Shown: positions 15,242 through 37,581, counted from the first letter of the stretch. The stretch: 64,000 bases of DNA from Paraspadella gotoi (GCA_051294375.1 CM119269.1:20941665-21005664); one strand, 5' to 3'. Made by a program: numbers and translations. The notes: a model not told the origin generated them from the letters alone.

Positions 15242-17148
15242 CTCACGTCAAGTCGCTCCTTGAGATAAGCTTTTTTCGCTTGGCCCGGCCTTTCCGGGTT
15301 TGGGGCCGCGACCGCAGAGCATATCCTTGAACGCCTCCCTGCAATGTTAAACCGTCGTTAAATAATGTATGTCCGATTAGTATGACTTCTGGTATGTAAT
15401 ACTGTCATTGTCACCGGAATTATGGATTTTTCGAGGGAGAGATACGAGAGATTACGTTCATAGCGGAATAAAGAGTGTACAATATTGAAAAGCGAGAGAG
15501 AGAAGAAGAGAGAGAGAGTATGATACCTCACTCGACAGCCAATATTAGTTTATTTTTTTATATATTTTAATGCCGGTCCCTGAGAGGATGATATCAATAT
15601 TCACTTGCAAAAAACCGTTTTTAAAATTCCTACAATGGTTTCCGCTGAGTATTATAGTGCATAACGTCAGCCTTGAAAGCAAAATTTGTCAGAATAAAAT
15701 TTATCGAGTTTCTTGTTAGATTTCTGACGCGCTAGTACAAAACTATTTAAAAAAAAGAGAAAACGTTTGCTGATTTCTTCCAGCATGAATCCATAATGTG
15801 TAAGACGATAGGTAAACACTGAAGTGAATGTCTCTAGAGGACGGAAAATTTTTCTTTAATTTTATTTAAAATTTATGGTATTTGTACAATAGGATAAATT
15901 GAGATTACTCCCGCTTTGCCGAAATTTTTATTAACAAAGATTTGTACTGCGTAGTCAAATCCTTAGTTCTCTCACGGTAAAAAAAGTTATTTCTTGAATA
16001 ACTTTGGAAAGAAAAGAGGTAGGAAAGTGGGTGAGGTATTAAATTAAAGCCTAATCAATGGGACACCTCTTCTGAAATAGTTTTATTAAATTTTATCCAT
16101 AAATCTTACATCAGCTTTATATTATAAATCGAGTTAAAAGTAAAAAATAACAGTTTTTTGCATTAAAAATTTCAATGAAGGCATGTGAATTTTTTTTCTT
16201 CTTTCGTAATTTGAGAAAGGAAAGACTAAATTACATTTATGATACCATTAAAATTTGCTCTACTCTATAAATTTGCTTGTAATTTTTTTAGTTAAAGTAA
16301 AAAAACAAGCAAAAATTTATGAAATAGCTAGAGATAAAATGTTTTATTTAAATATGAAAAATGATAAATACAAAAATATTTTCAAGATTGATATAAACAG
16401 TCTGGACATCTACTTCTTGTCTGTGAAAAAAAAAATTGTCATTTTCCATTATCTTCAACTGCAAACAAAAGGATGCACACGACTGCTTGTTTATCATAAT
16501 AAAATTTTAAAAAATTACATAGCTGGTGACATATTTGACAAAGCAAGACATCATTGTGTTTATTTGTATTGATAATTTTCTTTTAAATATAACAACCTTT
16601 ATACAAGGAATTTATAATTCTATTACTTATGTCCGTTTAAATTAAGAAAAAAAAATTTCGCGGAATAGACCCATTCGGAAAGGGTTCATGACTGACTAAT
16701 GATCGAATTTTTTAGGTTTCTTTACTGTCCCTTTCACAAGACATAAAGTCATGATTATCATGTCAGTATGTCCATATTATCTGTACCCCTTTTCTGCAAC
16801 CTGCATTCTGATTTTCTTTTTTTCACCTTTCAAATGTATTAAATAAAAAAAAAATTATTCTGAGAGAACGATTGGCGTGGAAGGCATAGCCATGGTAAGC
16901 CTTAGTTACCCCACTTCCCGATCGAATTTTCTCAAACGAGGTTTTTTTCCATCTATTCGATACATAACACTAACTATTGGTACTATTATTTTTTTTATTT
17001 TTTTCATGAAATTTTGCGTAATCAGAGAAACGTTTAGCGTGTCAAACAAAATATGAGAAAAGAAAAGAGAAAAACGATCGTGACAAATTTGAATATAATC
17101 TTCATGCGAGGAATCTAGAGAAGAGAGTGAGGCAGAGAGAGGTCAAGT

Positions 17149-17199
<51 letters not shown>

Positions 17200-19104
17200 T
17201 CACTGCACTCGCCTGAAGGCGTCGTGACAAAGGAATAGAGTAGAGGATTGATGGTCGAGTTCATCCAGAGAAGCCAGAAGACGACTTCAAAGACCGCCTC
17301 GGGGACGCAGTCTGGAAAAAATGTATATACAAAATTAAAGAAATAAATAAAAGGGCTGTCCATAATTATGGCATAAAAAAGAAAAAAACACATCAACCAG
17401 TCCCGGAGTGAAAACTTAAAGGAACGATTAATCTGATAATTTTATCCGTAAATCTAAGCAAAAAAAAAAATTATAGTAAGGCAATAAACATCTAATCAAA
17501 TAGTTTAGTGGATAATAAATTTGTGCTTTTGATAAACAGTTTGGTGAAGTCACTGGTGTTGAGTCTAGAGTCGTGGATTTGGAGGAGGAAATTTAAGCTC
17601 CTCTCACTGTGGCGACCAATTGTGACGCTCAAGCCTCAAGCACTGCGAACGGTCGCGCTCAAAGTGGCACCTGCAGCCCATAAATATTTAAACAACCCAG
17701 ATCACAAGCAACTTACAATTTAAGTTAAGCAGCACAAAAAAAAAAGAATACTAATAAAAATATTAAAAAAGGTAGCCTGTTTTTACTAAAAGCTGAAAGC
17801 GAGAAAATTAAGTCGTTGCATATTCCCTTTCCTCAAATACATTTTTTTTTCTTTTTCTCTCCTTCTCTTCCTCTTTCTTCTCTCCATGCGATCTCTCATG
17901 CAAATTAGGATGAAGTAGAGAAGGAAAATAGGAGAGGACTGTTGGATGGGCGATCGTCGTCGTCGTCGTCGTCGTCGTCGTACGTCGTCGTCTTTTTTGA
18001 CAGGTGAGAGACGATCGGCGCGTGAAATAAAAAACGACGACGACGACGGCCACGATTTCAGTGGCCATTTATTTATTTAGCTTATCGAAAGTCGTTGTAA
18101 TTATTGTTATTCATTGGGAAAATTTACCGATGATAATTCTGCATTTGGCGATATGGTGTGATAGTGTGATAGTTGTTTGTCATTGTAAATATCATCTAAA
18201 GCATCAGCATCGCTACCTGCCTCCTTCAACGCGGTACACTATTGCAGTGACTCAATATTCGAAGACAACCGCAGTCCACAACCACAACTACGACCACTGG
18301 TGAAACTCACCGGCTCAAACCGTTTTACTCACTCACGAAACACGTCGTAACGATTACTCATCTCACCAACGCTAATTCCGTAATTATTTGTTACTTAATC
18401 GTGATTGCGTCTTCAAATTTTTTCCAAAAAAATAATCGCCACAAATTGGTGGACAGAAAGAGTCGATGAAGTACGAGTGGTGCACAAAGGATCAATTATA
18501 AGCACCACCGTGGCAAATTCCCCTAACTCCTCATTCGCCCCGCCAATCGGTACACAAAGGCCCAAATTATAAGCAACACCGCTGTAAAATTCCCTACTCC
18601 TCATTCGCCCCGCCAATCTAGTTTCGAGCGGTGTTATCGAATTCTCAATCTAGTACACAAAGGCTCAAATTATAAGCACCACCCTGCAAAAATTCCCTAA
18701 CTCCTCATTCGCCCCGCCATCTAGTCACAAAGGCTGAAATTATAAGCACCACCTGCAAAATCCCTAACTCCTCATTCGCCCCGCCAATCTAGTACAACAA
18801 AGGCTCAAATTATAAGCAACACCTTAAATTCCGCTAACTCCTCATTCGCCCCGCCAAATCTAGTTTCGAGCGGTGTTATCGAATTCTTCACAATTCAGTC
18901 TTTTTTTTTCTTTTCGGATTATCGCCGTCATAAACAGTGTCGGTCTCTCTGGACGACTTACTCTTGCAGAAGGAGTTGACCAGGGCGCGGTGGTGTAGCG
19001 GCAGCAGCAAAGGCAAAGCAGGAGACGAGGATGGCCATTTGTTTCGCGGCGCGTTTGTCGTCGGTTCAGGTTGCGGCTCAGCTTGAGCGTGTTTCGACGC
19101 CGCT
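17200..19104 (-). CDS. Mirror copy of the GPCR TM6 (19104-18962) and TM7/helix 8 (17311-17200) exons, with indels
   Basis: ORF 17115-17396 contains DCVPEAVFEVVFWLLWMNSTINPLLYSFV. Restoring one A (present in the + copy) gives ...NDAFRRVQ*, the helix-8 NxxFR motif missing from the + copy. Confidence 0.75.
18485..18865. repeat. ~65-70 bp intronic minisatellite (~5 units)
   Basis: Unit approx. gtacacaaaggctcaaattataagcaccaccctgcaaaaattccctaactcctcattcgccccgccaatcta. It corresponds to the N gap at ~12998-13418 in the other arm, whose flanks match the unit in reverse complement. Confidence 0.9.
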
Positions 19105-20035
19105 CTGCGATAAGGGGGTTTGGGTTAAGTGGTTTCGTTTGGGGTGGTGGGTTTGGGGGAAGGGGTTGAGGGTAAGAACTTTTTCGTCAAAGGTGAAGAC
19201 GTGCAGAACCACGAATGCTTTCGTTCACATTGCCACTCCACCCCCACCAAAAAAAGAGGTTAAATATTAAATAAAAAAAATACGCTTTGAAAATTTGTTA
19301 GTTTTGACTTAGAGTTTCAAACTGCTTATAGTTTAGATATTTTATTTTATTTATAAGAATGAGGCAAGAAAGAATGCAGAGAAAAAAAGTGATTGATGAA
19401 TGAGAGAGAGAGAGAGAGCAGAGAGAGAGAGGTTAGAGAGAGATAGAGAGAGAGAATCAGAGAGAGAGAGAGCAGAACCAGCTAATTGCTTTTCCTCCTT
19501 ACCACGTTTGCCAAGCTCGCAATGAGAGACAGGCGTCGTCGCTTTGGTGCTCTACAAGACAAAAAACGAAACTGACCGGACAACGATGGAAGACGCCGAT
19601 CGCCTCTCGCGGTGGGCGAGCGCGTTTACTTCCAACTCCCCGAGGAGAGAAGAGATTGTGACCTAGGGAGAGTCCGAGACAAAGAGCAAAGTGAGTGGAA
19701 AAGTGAGTTGGCTTCCTTCAAATGCAAGAAACTTTATTTTTTTTACGTTACAATTCATTGCCAATAAAGATTTAATAATCTCTAACAAAACAAACAATTT
19801 TTGGAACAAACAATAAAACTCGACATTTTGGCCTATTTTACTGTATTATTAAAATTACCATCAGAGAAAATTGACAAGCAAAGCCAAAAAGCGTACTGAG
19901 CTCACGAGACATTTGCCACGTCAAACACTTTTTATTCGTTGCAAGTGATTCGTTATGAGCGGCGTTTGAAAACGCACAGGTTAATGTACATCCCTCTTCT
20001 CTCTCTCTCTCTCTGCTCTCGTCTCTCTCATCTCT

Positions 20036-20067
<32 letters not shown>

Positions 20068-21081
20068 ATATTCCCTCCCACCTGGTCATGGGCGGGCTCC
20101 GTGTGCCGGTTTGGCGGTGAGGCGGAATGGGCGAACGTTTGTCCGGCGAAGATGACGAGGTGACATCAGAGACTGGGGTCATGGAGAAGAGTCGTTGTCC
20201 AGAACTCGAGAGTGGAGGGGAAGAGAGCAGAGAGAGATTGATGGAGAGAGAGATGAGAGAGTGAGAGAAGCTATTAGCCGTTTTCACATTCATCGGAAAA
20301 CCGTCATGACTCATGCGGCCATTATCGGCCCGTTAAAAAATGGTCAAAGTTCAAGGATGTTGACGAGAGCATTTTAATAGTCGAAATCTTAAAATGAAAA
20401 TGACAGTTTTAAGCACGTTTTTCTTTTTAATGTGTTAAAGGGGGCGACGTGTGTGTGACGAATCGGCAGGATTTGGGCGCCGCCAAAAGCCCTACACCTT
20501 TTTATGCTGTCCCTGCCGGAGATTGCAGACTTGCGAGCCAGGGTCGAATGGGACCGGAGGGGGTGCGAAGACCACGCGGGGCATTGCCTGGCACGAGATT
20601 ACCGCAGGCGAAATTGAATTCAACTAAGGGGGAAAAGATCAAAAATCAAGGTGATTTTGAAAAGGAATCGATTCATTACAAGAGCCTCGTCAAATACAAT
20701 TTAGCAGGCTTGATTAAAGAGATAAAATGAAGAAAGAGATGAGAGTACGCCGCTCAGAGAAGACGAACCATCGAGTTTAACGGAACACCCAAACGAGGTC
20801 GAGAGAATGCGAGAGAGAGGAGAGAAATGAAGATGCATGCAACAAAAAACACAAGAGAAAACAAACAAACCAAAGAAAGAGAAGGCCAGTTAAGAATCAG
20901 TACGCCAAAAGAAGATAAACAGAAAAAAAGTAAAAAAAAAAAAAAGAACGACGTGAAGATATACATTGGTCATAGGAGGTGAGTGTTAGAGCTTTTCAAA
21001 AACCTTAAATGAAAACCTCGGATATATTAAGAAAACAAAAATAATATTTAAAGGATNNNNNNNNNNNNNNNNNNNNNNNNN

Positions 21082-21171
21082 CTGAGCCAACGCAGTGTGA
21101 GGTCGTTAGGACTGTGGAGTGTTGATGGAAAGCAAGGCTTGGGACGGTACGTTCCGCCTCTGAGCCAATGT
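21082..21171 (-). repeat. Fragment of dispersed multi-hairpin element (similar to 30961-31038)
   Basis: gccaacgcag...gtcgttaggactgtgga...ctctgagccaatg is a diverged reverse complement of 30961-31038. Confidence 0.7.
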
Positions 21172-22544
21172 GACTTTTAATTAAATTCTTTTTTTGCATA
21201 GTGTTGACGCGAGGAAGATGAACTGATGTCCAGAAACTCGATTATCGCCAACCGTCCAGGTCATTGCTTGGCCAGGTCACGGCTTGGTAAGGCCCAAGCT
21301 TCGTCTTGCTGCGGCCCAGAATCGACTCTGCTCGGCTTGCTGCGATTTAATCCAGGATTCTTTCCGTTTACAGAAGCTCAAACGAAGATTGCCTGCAAAT
21401 TGCACGATGCACATTAAGTCTCTGGAAGTAGCAGCGGGATGGTAATGTCATCCTCTTTCTCTCTCTCTCTCTCTCTCTCTCCTCTCTCTTCTCTCTACTC
21501 TCTCTCTCTCTCTCTTCTCAAATAGGAGATGAAATCATCACAATCATCATCATCATCATCGCAAGGCTGTTAAGTAGTTAAGCATCCATTTTTTTGCTCA
21601 AATATTTTGCCCCTTCTTCCAAAAGTTATACGTCGTTCAGGCAACTTCTTGATCACTTCGACACAAAAATCTGTGACATTTCAAAATATTATGCGATAAC
21701 TGAACTTGGTGTTACGATCGGTGACTGAAATGAGCTCATTGGAGCTCAATGTATTGAATATTATAAATTCGTTTTGCTACGTACATTATATAAATAATGT
21801 GGTAACACGTCTTAGAGATTTCGTAATAAGTTAGTTAAAAACTTGTCACGAGATACCTAATGTGTATTATGAATTTTGGCTATCATTTGTATGGAAGTAA
21901 TATTGTCAATTTTGTCGATTTTAGGGATTTTTTTTTTCTTGGAGATTTTTGAAATGTAAGAAAAAAGTGAATATTAAATGGCATTCTGTCTTTCAAACTG
22001 ATGAGAATTTCGATTATGTATTATGTATTATGTTGGTCCGATTTTACAGCATATTTTTAAAAGCAACTTTTTTCACTCCTGATTGGTCGATCAGAATCCA
22101 ATCTAAACTAATCAAATTATTTTTTTAAACCGACCCACGGTTTCGACGAGTACTCTTTCAAGTATTTATTTACAGCATTACCTTTGAACAAAAAAAAACA
22201 GTATCTCGCACTTTCTCAGTATCTCAAAATACTTTTATCGCACATACAATTTAATACATTTTTCGTCGCTCGAATTTCAAATCAATATTCGTCCTTGGTC
22301 GGAAACGAGTTCTCTTTTTTTCTCTTTTCTCACCGCAACGACATTAGTCATTAAGACTTATTCGCTGGCCCAACTTGTTACTTTAATACTTTGTTTTATC
22401 GAGTTATATACATTTAGAATACTGATCTTTTCCGTATTCGGGTTTCGATATTCGAATTTAACGTTTTTTTCGGATCTAAAACGAGACGCACGGTTGGTTT
22501 GGTTTCCGTTTGTTTTTTTTTTAATTCTTAATAATGCCTCATAA

Positions 22545-22884
22545 GGCCCTTATTTAACCAGAACGCCCCATTTTATATTAAAAAATGAATTAGATTATTT
22601 TTTTAAATTGGGTATTAAAGTTATTTAGGTTAAGGATTATTGTTTAGGGTTAAGGGTTAGCGTTAAAAATTAGGGATAAGGGTTAAAGGAAAAGGTTCAT
22701 AAATATTGTTTATTTCATGTTTCTTAATAAAACTCGTTGTACATTAATAAATAATTCATTTTCTACCTCAAACAGAATTAGGGAATGATTTATAAGTTTA
22801 AAATATATTTAAATTAAATATTAAAATTAAAATTAAATTCGAGGAAAATGAACAGAAATGGGGCACTCTCGGAAAAGAGAGCCC
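22545..22884. mobile_element. MITE-like element, second family member
   Basis: Ends ggcccttatttaaccagaacgccccattt and gaaatggggcactctcggaaaagagagccc match those of 2465-2755. Interior has tttagggttaagggttagcgtt. Confidence 0.55.
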
Positions 22885-25800
22885 AGATGGGCCCTTGCGT
22901 TAAGTTAAACGCACTCAAACGTTCTTGGCTCACTAAATTAGCAATCAATATTTTGTTTTTCATTTTTCTTTATTGATATAATTGCTCATTTTTTCATCCA
23001 GTGATTGATCAGCGCTCATTTTTCGGTTTCAAAGCTCAAAAAAAATTCATGTAAAAATTAAAAATGAAAAGATTATTCATATTTCTTTCTCCTTCCTCTC
23101 CACAATTCATGTTGTCTAATAAATACATTTTATTGTTAAACTATGACAATTATTATTTAGACTCATGTTCATACGATTAGAAAGCGAAGGTATTGACTCT
23201 ATATTTGTTAGTATAATCAATCATTTTTAGCACTAGTTTGATAATCATTAGATTACTGTTTTTACATTTACTTCTGTAATCCAATGTTCCACTATTCCCG
23301 CGCCTTTTTTCTCCGTTTCATCTTCCCGCCTGTTTGAATCGACTTTTACCTTACCCTATTCACTCACGCCTTTCTCTTTTTTAAGAAATTCCATCTCTAC
23401 CAGCTCCCCCATTTTTCTCACCCACAGTGTTTTATTTTCGCATTCGATTTTATGGATTCTCATTTTCTTTTCCTCCGCAGTCGATGTATATCGCTGTGGA
23501 AAGGTGCGAACGATAAGATTAAATTTGAAATGACAGTCTTTAGAAATATAGTAAGCCGGTAAATGGATTTAAAAATTACAAAATGTATGAAAACGAAAAA
23601 TTTTTTAGAACAAGAGCAAACGAAATCAAATATCGAGCATGAGGATTTCTGTAGATATAACGAACTGACAGATTTCCGTTGATAGCCAATTTGATGATAG
23701 ATAATCTGACAGATGATCTGTCTCTCTCTCTCTCTCGTCCTCTCTCCTTCTCCTCTCTCTGCTCTCTCTCTCTCTCTCTCTCTCTCTGCTCTCTCTCTCT
23801 CTCTCTCCTTTACCTCTGGCCTTTTTGATATTTTACCTCCCCAATCTTAATCTCGCATTTCCCCGTCTTTAGTGCCCTTTGGCCGGCGGATCCTTTCCTT
23901 CTTTTTTTTTCTCTTCTTTTTCTTCTTTTTCTTTACCTTTTCTTTCTTTTTTTCTTCTCATATTACTCTATCCTTTCTTTATTTTTTTCCCCTTTTTATC
24001 CTCTCTCATTTCCTTATTTTCCTTTTTCTCTTCAGCACTTTATTTTCTCTGTTATTTTCTTCGTTCGTTTCTCCTTACTTTCAACTCACCCTTACCTTCT
24101 AACCTTTAGCTCACCTCCCTTCTTCTTCTTTCCTCCCCCTCTTTATCTCCCCAACCCACCCCACGATTCATCGGAAAAAGATTAACTTTGTCGGGAGAAC
24201 GTATTTTTTTCTCTCTCTCTCCACGCAGAGGCTAAAATCCCCCGATTCTCTGAGGTCAAGCTCACTTTGAGAATTCCTGCTCGTAGGAGTAAACAGATCC
24301 TCCACGTTTTTAGCGCCCAATTTTTTTTTGTGTGTGTGGGACGTGTGGTTCGTAAAGATTTACGGCCAAGCCTCCTTCGAGACAAACAGGTTACGTGCAC
24401 TTTTCACATAAAACTTCTGTCATACATAAAGCGAAAGTATAAAAAAAAGGCTGGCTCAGTCTATCACCGTCTAATTTCCTGAGGTTAGTCTCATGATAAC
24501 TTTTTCCGCACCTTTGAACGGTTTGTTTACTTCCTTACATCTTTACAGTTTACGGAGAATGACGGCGGCAAAAAATATCCGATCGGTAATCATTCTTTTC
24601 CCTTTAATTCTCAGACACTGAAGCACGAAGATTTTGAAAGTACTCAAAACGTTATTAAATTGACCTAATTGCTCACTGTACTTTTAATACTTGTATCTAC
24701 TATCTAGGTTAACTTAATATTAAAATGTTCGGGTAGGAAGTCATTCTCGTTCTGCGAAGCATTATACCAGAAAAAAAAAATAGAAGCCGAGTCATAAAAG
24801 TTGGGCGGACGAGTGGGAGAAATACGAGAAGCTTCGGCGTAGAATCCCCGACAATAAAGAAGACGATAATAACGACGACTGCAATGAGAAAAAACTACAT
24901 AATTACTTCCGGGAATTTTTTTTTAACCAGTAACATTAAGATCAACTGGTCGAACGACTGGTCGAATGCCTGACGAGCGACTGTGCTTAATGAAGATTGT
25001 AAGCCCCACCCTTTAAATTTTCCCAACTGCTCACCGGCCACGCCAATCTAGTATGAAAAATTGCAAGATTACTTCTTTTACTAAATTAGACTTTAAAATT
25101 TTATATTAAATTTTAAAATAAATGTAAGAATTTAATAAATTTCACTATATATTAGATTTAATTATATTCTTTATATAGAGTTTTTTTTTTATAATGTAAT
25201 GGAGAGAGGGATGTTAGTGATGTCTTCTGGAAATAGAGGGAGCATCTATACAACACAAAGTTAAAAGCTACTATCTCCCCTTGTTTTCTAATTAGATATT
25301 AGACATCATTCTTGTTAAGAAGTCATTTATTGAATATTTCAAAATATCTAAAAGTCTGAACAGAAACGGAAAGGTTAAGACTACAAAGTAGAATTGTATG
25401 TTCTGATCGGGATACATAACAGTATATGATAATGACGATGATGATGATAATAATTGAAATTATGAGAATGAACATAACATTTTGACAAAGTACATCAGAA
25501 AGAGGGAGATCGAGGCGACCACGAAGAAGACGACGACGACGAACGACATCGAAGACAACGGAAGACATTCGTCTTCTCATCAATGCTCACATTGTGATCG
25601 AGACGTGAGCCGATGTGCGGATAGGGGGCGGAGGTGAGGCGCGTCTCATGGGGATGAAACGAAAGAACGAAGATCGACATTGTGAGACGAAACGTCGCGC
25701 GTATTTTTCTCCCTTCACAAAGTTTTGGCAGATTTTCTCTCGCGAGGCGTCAGGAATTTTTCGTTGAGTTCCGGTGACGGAGAAATTCGGAGTTTATAGT

Positions 25801-26067
25801 TTGTTTGTTTTTTTTTAGTTCGTAAACGTAAATATCGTCGAGAACGAAAAATACAGAATTTAAAGTAATTTCATTTATATTTTACTTTATTGTAAGAGAT
25901 TCCTGATTGAAAACTTGATCGGTCCTGTTATCTTATTATCTTTCAAGAGAGATGGAAGACTTAACTCACTATATCCCGTTCAAAGTCAGGGGAAAGATAC
26001 TTGTTTTTTTAATGAATGGAAACTTTTGAGATTGGTTGTAATTGTACCATTTTCATAGCATTCACAC

Positions 26068-26117
<50 letters not shown>

Positions 26118-26318
26118 TTTCCCTCTCTCTATCTCTTTTCCTCTCTCTTTCTCTAAATCCCTCTCTCACTCTGTCTCCCTCTCCCTCTCACTCTGTTTCC
26201 CTCTTCCTCTCTCTCTCTCTCTTTCTCTCTATCAACCACCGACTGTTTGCATTGAGGGCTGAGGAAGTTTTTGCAGCGGAGCGAAGAAAGAGAGAGAGAG
26301 AGAGAGAGAGAGAAGAGC

Positions 26319-26366
<48 letters not shown>

Positions 26367-26852
26367 AAGGGTTTTAAGGGATGCAGAAGTTGAGAGTCGG
26401 ACCTGTGGAAAACAAGAGAGAGAGAGAGTGAGAGAGAGAGACAGAGAGAGAGCGAGAGAGACAGTGAGAGAGAGAGAGCCAGATGGGTCAACGAGGTTGT
26501 GGGAAGGAAAAAAGAGTTTCAAACGCCTTCCTTTCGCTGACTTCTTCGCCTGATCCAAAACTGTCTTTATCGTTCTGAATTTACACATACCACAATTTTA
26601 TATGTATTTTTTTATGTTTTTCTAGTATGTAAATATCATAATCTATAGGCCTCGTCGCAATATAACGTTTGGACCTATTAAACTGTTCCTATTTTTGTCA
26701 TTTTTTATTTTGGTCTTTGCCCTTTGTCCTTTCACGTCAGGCCTGTAAATGTTTTTTTTTTTATAAAAATGAAAATAGAAATTACAAATCCCGTCTGTAG
26801 TGAACTTGGAGCGGCCCGATAAAAAAAATTCCAGCTACTTTTTCTCCAAATA

Positions 26853-26945
<93 letters not shown>

Positions 26946-27013
26946 CTATGCGCTCCTTTATAGCCTTTCGCCTCGTTTCCTGCCTTCCAAAAAACGACGG
27001 CCCCCTCCCTAAG

Positions 27014-27054
<41 letters not shown>

Positions 27055-28302
27055 CCTCTCCCCTGCTCCTTTCTCCTTTCTCCTTCTTTCTTTCTGGAGA
27101 GCCCATTCAACAATTTTCTTCTTTACTACAAACGCGACGCGATCTCAATAACGGTTTTTTTTTTGCACCGAAACATTAACCACACAAAGAGAAAGTAAAA
27201 AAAAATAAAGATAAGGATAAAGATTAGGATCATCTACTCGTCATGCCCTTTGCTAAAAAAAGAACAGCAAGGACGTTTAGCTGTTAACGTTAAAACATAT
27301 TAAAACATTTTTGAGAGAAAGTACAGAAAATTACTGGTAACATTGTCATCGATCTTAGATTAGTTATAAGGCAGAGAAATACGAAATAGTGAACGAAGTT
27401 AGCAATTTGAATCTAGTACAAAAAATCATCGTGCAACAATTTTTTGCATTTCCATGTTTAAAAAAACAAACAATAATAATTGATACGTTTATTCCATCCG
27501 AAATCCAGCAAATGCTCGTGAGAAGCCACAAATTCCCAATAAAAAATCATGAAATGTCAATGTGAAGCCGTTGAAAAGTCTTGATGGGGCTGAAGGAAAA
27601 GGAGGCGGAAAAATCTCCTTGACTTTTAAGGAGCTTGACGACGCATAAAACTCTCGTAGGATCATAAATCAAAGAAAATAGCTTTTAGCTTTTTTTTTTC
27701 ATTTTCGCTTTTTTGCTTTTCGCATCTAGATTTTTTTCTCTTTCTTTTCTTAAAAAAAAAAAAAAAAATCTAGTCTCTGACTGAACCATTGCAATTAAGT
27801 AATTTTCTTATGCTTGAACTTCTTTCTCTTTATTATTCGACTATGCTATTAATCTATTTTATTTAATTTCCTTAAAATCATTTACGGTTTTTACTTCGCA
27901 TTTTTGAAAAAAATTAAAATACGTAAAATTATCCCAAACTTTCGTTGCCCAGTTTAAAAGCAGCCTTTAAGATTCGGTTACAAATATTAATTCAAAAACA
28001 AATATTTTAGTCAAAATTATCCATTATCCATTATTTTACCGCACTTTTTTGGTCATTTATTTTCTACTCTTATTACCAACAAGTAACCATGTTATGCTAC
28101 GAATTTTCACGCTTTCACTGCCGTTTTACTCTCACGGTTCACAAGGTACTACGATGTCCCGCTGATCCTTCCCATCATTCCCCCAACCTCCTCGTCCCAA
28201 ACGAAGTCGGACGAATCCTAGACTTTTCCTCCCAAAGTCGAGATGCAATTAGAGATGCCACTTCCATCTGAAATTCGAGCCGGCAGAAGTTGGCCGGCGC
28301 CC

Positions 28303-28381
<79 letters not shown>

Positions 28382-29151
28382 GAAAGACGAGGATTGGTGG
28401 ATTCAGGTTGGAAGGTTTCGTTTATCATTAGTCAAAGCTCGAAGCTCATTGGTCGATCCATTTCATTCCATTTCGCTTTGACGTCAGGGAATCCAATTCT
28501 TGATGGAACTTTGGAGAAATTTTACTTTTTTTCGTCGATTCTTAAAAAAGTCTACATTTGTGAAGATGAATGAATAATCTTTCTTTTTTTAAGTTTTTTT
28601 AACGAAAAAGTCGGTATTTTTACGCAACGTTTAACTTTCAAACGGATTACCATTTTCTTTTTAAACTTTGATTTAAAGAATGTTTTAAATCTTTGGTTAT
28701 TGATGCTGAATAGGAAAAAAAGATTAATTTTGAAAATTATTTGTTAAAATTAACTTTTTTATCTAAAAATATTTAATATATGTACAACCATTACTGTTAA
28801 AATTAGGATAAATCAATTTATTGAAACGTTTATTGCGGTTAACTTGACAATTAACATAAGCAAGTAGACTTGCTAGACTTACATAAATATTTTTCCTTTT
28901 TCTTCATCCTTTAGTAATCTTTTTCTCACTTTCTTCCTCTCTCTTGCTTTCGCTCTCCCTCTCTCTCTCTCCCTCTCTCTCTCGTATTTATTTTGGATGA
29001 ATGAATAGAAATATTAAAGCAGATTTCTGTAAGGCCGTTTAGGACAAGCAGCGAGACAAACAGCCCGACAAAAAAGTATCGTCTCAGCTCTTGGCATTAT
29101 CCGAGACTGAAAATTATTTTCCGAGTGAGCTAACAGCGAGAGGAGAGATAG

Positions 29152-29294
<143 letters not shown>

Positions 29295-29502
29295 CACAAA
29301 GAGTCAATTTCGAAAAAAAAAACTTCATCTTCGGCGTCAAAATCCTCGAATTTTTGCGAATTTACTGTCGAGGTCCAAATTAAGTCGTTGGATTCTCGAA
29401 ATTTAATCCTTTTAATTTTTTTTTTTTTGAAATTTCTATTTTTTCTTTCGCTTCTCTCCGTGGGAATTTCGTCTTAGAGGAGAAATTACGACTACGATGC
29501 CA

Positions 29503-29534
<32 letters not shown>

Positions 29535-29801
29535 AATATCTAAATTGTCTTCTAAAATGTTTTGATTTGAAATTAAGCTCCATCTGCGACGTAACGATAT
29601 GAAGATTACATACAACATAAAATAAAGCAATCCCGAAATACTTTTGCCCGTCGGGAAACCATCAATGCGTCGAAAAAGTGATTGCCTTCAAAAGACATGT
29701 CATCGTTGCGCGAACCGCAAATGACATCGAAGTACCCACCTAAAATTCGAAGGAAGGATCGGCCTTTGGCAATACTGAAGCAGGATGAACAAACCAAGAC
29801 G

Positions 29802-29892
29802 ATGACAAAGATTCAAAGCGATCAAGGGCTTGGTCGTCGTCCTTGTCTTTCACTCATCATCATCATCATCGTCGTCGCCTGCTGCCTTCAAG
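29802..29892 (+). CDS. Probable signal-peptide exon (first coding exon of the SUEL-lectin receptor?)
   Basis: MTKIQSDQGLGRRPCLSLIIIIIVVACCLQ followed by a strong donor CAAG|GTAAGT in phase 1, which matches the phase-1 acceptor at 47428. In-frame ATGs also exist upstream. Confidence 0.5.
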
Positions 29893-30182
29893 GTAAGTCC
29901 GTGCCCATCTTTTTATTTGTAAATCTGCTACATGTCTCACACTGCCGCTTTTTTTAATCGGAACTAACTATCCTTGCATTAAAAAAAAAACATACACTTC
30001 AGGCATAAATTAAAACAGAAAATATTTCACATTTATGTTTAATAAAGCAGGCAATTCTATTTAACAATTCAATCAACAAATAAAAAAAATCTTTAAATAA
30101 ATTAGTTTGTTCTTTCTTCCTTTCTTCCTCTCTTTCTATCTTTCTTTCTTTCTTTCTTGCTTTGTTTCTTTGTTTCTCTCTT

Positions 30183-30214
<32 letters not shown>

Positions 30215-30246
30215 CTTTCTTTCTTTCTTTCCAAACATTGCTTCAT

Positions 30247-37190
<6,944 letters not shown>

Positions 37191-37581
37191 TGTTGTTGTT
37201 GTTGTTGTTGTTGATGCCGTTTGCTCTATTATTTTTTATTATTGTTAATTTCCTCCATTTTTTTCCTCTTCTACAATGTACGTAGAGATATTCATAATTA
37301 ATTTTTGGTCTAAACGCAAATGTCGGTCACGTGTTTTTAGTTCTAACAAATATGAAAATTGAAAAGAGGAAATTATGTAGAACGGGCGAGATTAAAAGTG
37401 AAAATGTATTTTTTTTCTATTTCTGATTCCTCTTTACTTTTTTCTTTATAATTCTGAAATAAATGAGACAAAAGAAGTCTGTTCTGATTAATAATTTTCT
37501 GCACAATTCTGTTTACATCGTATGACTTTTTTTTACGTTCGCTGCGAGCGACAAATTAGGCGAGAGAGAGAGAAGAGAAGA

